IMG/VR virus record: IMGVR_UViG_2703718804_000009
Direction: 5' to 3' (one strand)
DNA length: 38,798 nucleotides
Source of the DNA: a virus
Taxonomy: Duplodnaviria > Heunggongvirae > Uroviricota > Caudoviricetes
Below the pieces are notes generated by a model. That model was not told where the DNA came from. It saw only the letters and a program-made list of their open reading frames with translations, and ran no database searches. Position numbers and translations under genes: made by a program. Positions 35,556 through 38,798 of the stretch are shown one piece after another (within the stretch, counting starts at the first letter, position 1; the number at the start of each line of letters is the position of its first letter).

Positions 35556-37844
35556 ATGGCAGTAAAGATTTCAGGTGTACTGAAAGACGGCACAGGAAAA
35601 CCGGTACAGAACTGCACAATCCAGCTGAAAGCAAAACGTAACAGCACCACGGTGGTGGTGAACACGCTGGCCTCAGAAAATCCGGATGAAGCCGGGCGTT
35701 ACAGTATGGACGTTGAGTACGGTCAGTACAGCGTTATTCTGTTGGTGGAAGGGTTCCCGCCGTCACATGCCGGGACCATCACCGTGTATGAAGATTCTCA
35801 ACCCGGTACGCTGAATGATTTTCTCGGTGCCATGACGGAGGATGATGCCCGTCCGGAGGCTCTGCGCCGTTTTGAACTGATGGTGGAAGAGGTGGCGCGT
35901 AACGCGTCCGCAGTGGCACAGAACACGGCAGCCGCGAAGAAGTCAGCCAGCGATGCCAGCACATCAGCCCGTGAGGCGGCAACCCATGCGACTGATGCTG
36001 CAGACTCAGCACGCGCAGCCAGAACGTCAGCCGGACAGGCCGCGACGTCGGCTCAGGAGGCTTTTTCCAGCGCAGGAACGGCATCAGCAAAAGCCTCTGA
36101 GGCATCAAAAAGTGCTGCCGCTGCAGAGTCCTCAAAAAGCGCGGCGGCCACGAGTGCCGGTGCGGCGAAAATGTCAGAAACGAATGCCGCAGCGTCAGAA
36201 CAATCAGCCGCCACTTCTGCATCCACCGCGACCACGAAAGCGTCAGAAGCAGCCACTTCAGCACGGGATGCGGCGGCTTCAAAAGAGGCGGCAAAATCAT
36301 CAGAAACGAGCGCAGCCTCGAGCGCCAGTAGTGCAGCCTCCTCGGCAACGGCGGCAGGAAATTCCGCGAAGGCGGCAAAAACGTCCGAGACGAACGCAAG
36401 GTCTTCTGAAACAGCGGCAGCACAGAACGCCTCAGCTGCAGCAGATTCAGAAACTGCTGCAGAGACGTCCGCCAACGCTGCGGCTACGAAGGCGACAGAG
36501 GCGGCAGACAGTGCGGCGGAGGCTGAGCGGAGCAAAAGTACAGCAGAGTCCGCGGCAACCCGAGCCGAGACAGCGGCAAAGCGGGCAGAGGATATCGCAT
36601 CCGCCGTGGGGCTTGAGGATGCGAGTACAACGAAAAAGGGAATAGTACAGCTCAGCAGTGCTGCCAACAGCACATCTGAAGCATTTGCTGCAACCCCAAA
36701 AGCCGTCAAAATCGTCATGGACGAGACGAAAACCAAAGCGCCTCTGGACAGCCCGGCGTTCACCGGTACGCCAACCACACCAACCCCACCGGATGATGCG
36801 GTCGGGCTGGAGATGGCGAACGCGGCGTTTGTCCGCAAACTGCTCGCTGCACTGGTTGGCTCATCTCCGGAAGCCCTTGACACACTGAATGAGCTGGCAG
36901 CGGCGCTGGGCAATGACCCGAATTTTGCAACGACGGTCACTAACGCGCTTGCAGGCAAACAGCCACTTAGTGATGTTTTAACCGCCATCAGCAGGTTAAA
37001 CGCTCAGGCAGATAATCTTCTGTACTTTAATTCGGACGGGAACGCATCGCTGACACGGTTGACGCCAGAAGCCCGTTCACTGCTGGCACAGGCCACACCG
37101 GAAGATATGCGCAGAGTGCTTGAGCTGGAAAGGTCAGACACTGTGGTGCCACAGAATAATATTTATGACCGCAGCGAAGGCGTGGTGGCCATTCCGGGGA
37201 CGCTGGGATATGGAGGATATTACCGACATGAAGACAAAGTCATTTTCAGGGGAGAAAACGGCCCTGCTGATTTTATTTCCTGGGTATCCACTACACCACC
37301 GGGCCGGTATGCGGTAGGAGACGGTACTTCATATAGCGCGCCTCAGATTATTGACAAGGAAAATCGTCTGGAAGGGATTGTTGAAATTATTATTCCGGAT
37401 ACAGCCTCCTCGTCTTCGCAATCGCGTGCAGACAAGCTCATTATTTTCATGAGTAAGAAGGGAGAAATGTTTATCAACTGGCTGAAATGGACCAGTGCCG
37501 GAGCCGGTCTGGCTGGCTGGGGAAATCTCAGCGCGAAGGGATTACGCTCTGCTGACTTCTGGGGAAACCCGGGGATTGACGGAGTCACACTGGCAGCAAT
37601 ATCTGTCGCTGACCTTGCCTCACATAAGCGTGGGGACAGGATATCAGGCGAAAAGTTACGGCATGTATCGCTTATGTTTGAGAACAATGGTAATCCGTGC
37701 GCAGCGGTATCGGTTTACAACGTATCGATGATGTACGGGTTATTGCCGGGGTCCTATTTTATTCTGAATGGCTCCAGTCAGAGTCTGAACTGTGGGAATA
37801 AAGCCAATGCCTGGTGGATTTGCCTGGTGATGAGGGCAGAATAA
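35556..37844 (+). CDS. stf: side tail fiber protein (lambda Stf-like N-terminus, Ala/Ser-rich central repeats, divergent C-terminal domain)
   Basis: MAVKISGVLKDGTGKPVQNCTIQLKA matches the lambda Stf N-terminus as recalled. Confidence 0.85.
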   Translation: MAVKISGVLKDGTGKPVQNCTIQLKAKRNSTTVVVNTLASENPDEAGRYSMDVEYGQYSVILLVEGFPPSHAGTITVYEDSQPGTLNDFLGAMTEDDARPEALRRFELMVEEVARNASAVAQNTAAAKKSASDASTSAREAATHATDAADSARAARTSAGQAATSAQEAFSSAGTASAKASEASKSAAAAESSKSAAATSAGAAKMSETNAAASEQSAATSASTATTKASEAATSARDAAASKEAAKSSETSAASSASSAASSATAAGNSAKAAKTSETNARSSETAAAQNASAAADSETAAETSANAAATKATEAADSAAEAERSKSTAESAATRAETAAKRAEDIASAVGLEDASTTKKGIVQLSSAANSTSEAFAATPKAVKIVMDETKTKAPLDSPAFTGTPTTPTPPDDAVGLEMANAAFVRKLLAALVGSSPEALDTLNELAAALGNDPNFATTVTNALAGKQPLSDVLTAISRLNAQADNLLYFNSDGNASLTRLTPEARSLLAQATPEDMRRVLELERSDTVVPQNNIYDRSEGVVAIPGTLGYGGYYRHEDKVIFRGENGPADFISWVSTTPPGRYAVGDGTSYSAPQIIDKENRLEGIVEIIIPDTASSSSQSRADKLIIFMSKKGEMFINWLKWTSAGAGLAGWGNLSAKGLRSADFWGNPGIDGVTLAAISVADLASHKRGDRISGEKLRHVSLMFENNGNPCAAVSVYNVSMMYGLLPGSYFILNGSSQSLNCGNKANAWWICLVMRAE

Positions 37845-38428
37845 TGAAAATAATCGACATAAAGGCGATGAAATACCTGGAAGACGGGTCTGTTTCCTGT
37901 GAAGTGTTGTTTGAAGGGCGGGCTGATTATATTCCTTATCGTGCAGTGGAAAATGATTCTGCTGCATCAGGCCAGCGGGTATGGGGAACACTGATGAGCG
38001 GTGAGTTTGGTGAAATCATCCCCTTCACTGTAACAGCAGAGATGCTGGACAAAGAAAAAGAACTGAAAAAAGAGGAAATCAGTCGCTGGCGTGACAGCCA
38101 GGAGAACAGCAGTTTTGTTTTTGAATTCAGTGGTCATCGCTGGGATGCCGGAAAGGCGTCACAGTCCAGACTGACACCTGTTGTTGCGGTGGCAGGAAAC
38201 GGGCTGTTGCCGGAGCATTTTTTCTGGACGGATGCGGATAATCAGGATGTCACTCTGACGCCGGAAGAGCTGATACAACTGGATACTGCGATGAATGCGG
38301 CGATGGTGATGCAGGGGTTTAAAATCCACGAGCGCCAGCGCCGGATGAAAGAAGAAGTGGCAGGGCTGACCGCACTGCCGGATATTCGTGCGTATCCTGT
38401 TGGCTGGCCGGAGGGTGATGATGAGTAA
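37844..38428 (+). CDS. putative tail fiber assembly/chaperone protein (Tfa-like)
   Basis: Start overlaps the stf stop (TAATG); position after stf; C-terminal PDIRAYPVGWP resembles Tfa C-terminal motifs. Confidence 0.5.
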   Translation: MKIIDIKAMKYLEDGSVSCEVLFEGRADYIPYRAVENDSAASGQRVWGTLMSGEFGEIIPFTVTAEMLDKEKELKKEEISRWRDSQENSSFVFEFSGHRWDAGKASQSRLTPVVAVAGNGLLPEHFFWTDADNQDVTLTPEELIQLDTAMNAAMVMQGFKIHERQRRMKEEVAGLTALPDIRAYPVGWPEGDDE

Positions 38429-38798
38429 GTTCACCACACCGGCCATTCTGGAGATGCTGGATGATTACCGCTGGCGGCTGGTTGAGCCGTTTGAATTCTG
38501 GCTGACGGATAACCCGGATGATGTGATTTATGTTCCGGAGGGATATGTGACGGACCTTGCCAGTGTGCCCCGGCTTCTGTGGGCACTGTTCCCGCCGCAT
38601 GGTCGTTATGCGAAAGCCGCGATTATTCATGACTGGCTGTATGACAATGCCCTGCGCACGAAGGCGGAAGCGGACAGGATATTTCTGGATGCGATGACGG
38701 TGCTGGGAGTTCCACGCTGGCGACGTCTGATCATGTATTACGCTGTATGTTTCTTCGGGAGGGGTAACTACGGACAGACACATCAAAAGATAATGTGA
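38418..38798 (+). CDS. DUF1353-like phage protein
   Basis: Track ORF 38388..38798; motifs TDLASVPR and HDWLYD; overlaps the Tfa-like stop. Confidence 0.5.
   Translation: MMSKFTTPAILEMLDDYRWRLVEPFEFWLTDNPDDVIYVPEGYVTDLASVPRLLWALFPPHGRYAKAAIIHDWLYDNALRTKAEADRIFLDAMTVLGVPRWRRLIMYYAVCFFGRGNYGQTHQKIM

Noticed and set aside
35779-36988. Several long ORFs on both strands inside the side tail fiber gene (track ORFs 35779..36423, 35953..36645, 36053..36988)
   Set aside because: Artifacts of the Ala/Ser-rich repetitive coding region, which keeps alternative frames open; the stf frame is the one with lambda-like N-terminal sequence.

Overview
This 38.8 kb window is a contiguous segment of a lambdoid prophage from an E. 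coli-like enterobacterium, with early and lysis regions resembling the Qin/phage-21 type, HK97-type head genes and lambda-type tail genes. Reading left to right: a leftward pL-type operon (RecE-like exonuclease running off the window, ydfD-like, dicB, DicF sRNA, ydfC/B/A-like small genes); a cI / cro(DicC-like) / YdaT-like immunity switch with GTAAC-N4-GTTAC operator palindromes; an O-like replication gene with internal iterons; a nin-like block of small genes joined by a repeated junction sequence; a hok/gef toxin and a lipoprotein moron; DUF968, RusA and Q; a candidate late promoter and terminator; four tRNAs; an S21-type pinholin, SAR endolysin and Rz/Rz1 cassette; HNH endonuclease and terminase; portal, protease and capsid; tail genes (major tail, G/GT, tape measure, M, L, K, I, J); lom; side tail fiber and its assembly gene. 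No integrase, att site, CRISPR array, rRNA or IS element is visible. The best candidates for something undescribed are two self-contained AT-rich insertions: a convergent, 3'-overlapping gene pair inside the pL operon (3402-3975) and a membrane/zinc-ribbon moron between the tail chaperone and tape measure genes (25396-25737). Neither can be assigned a function from sequence alone. All identifications rest on reading the sequence plus recalled family knowledge; no database search was run.
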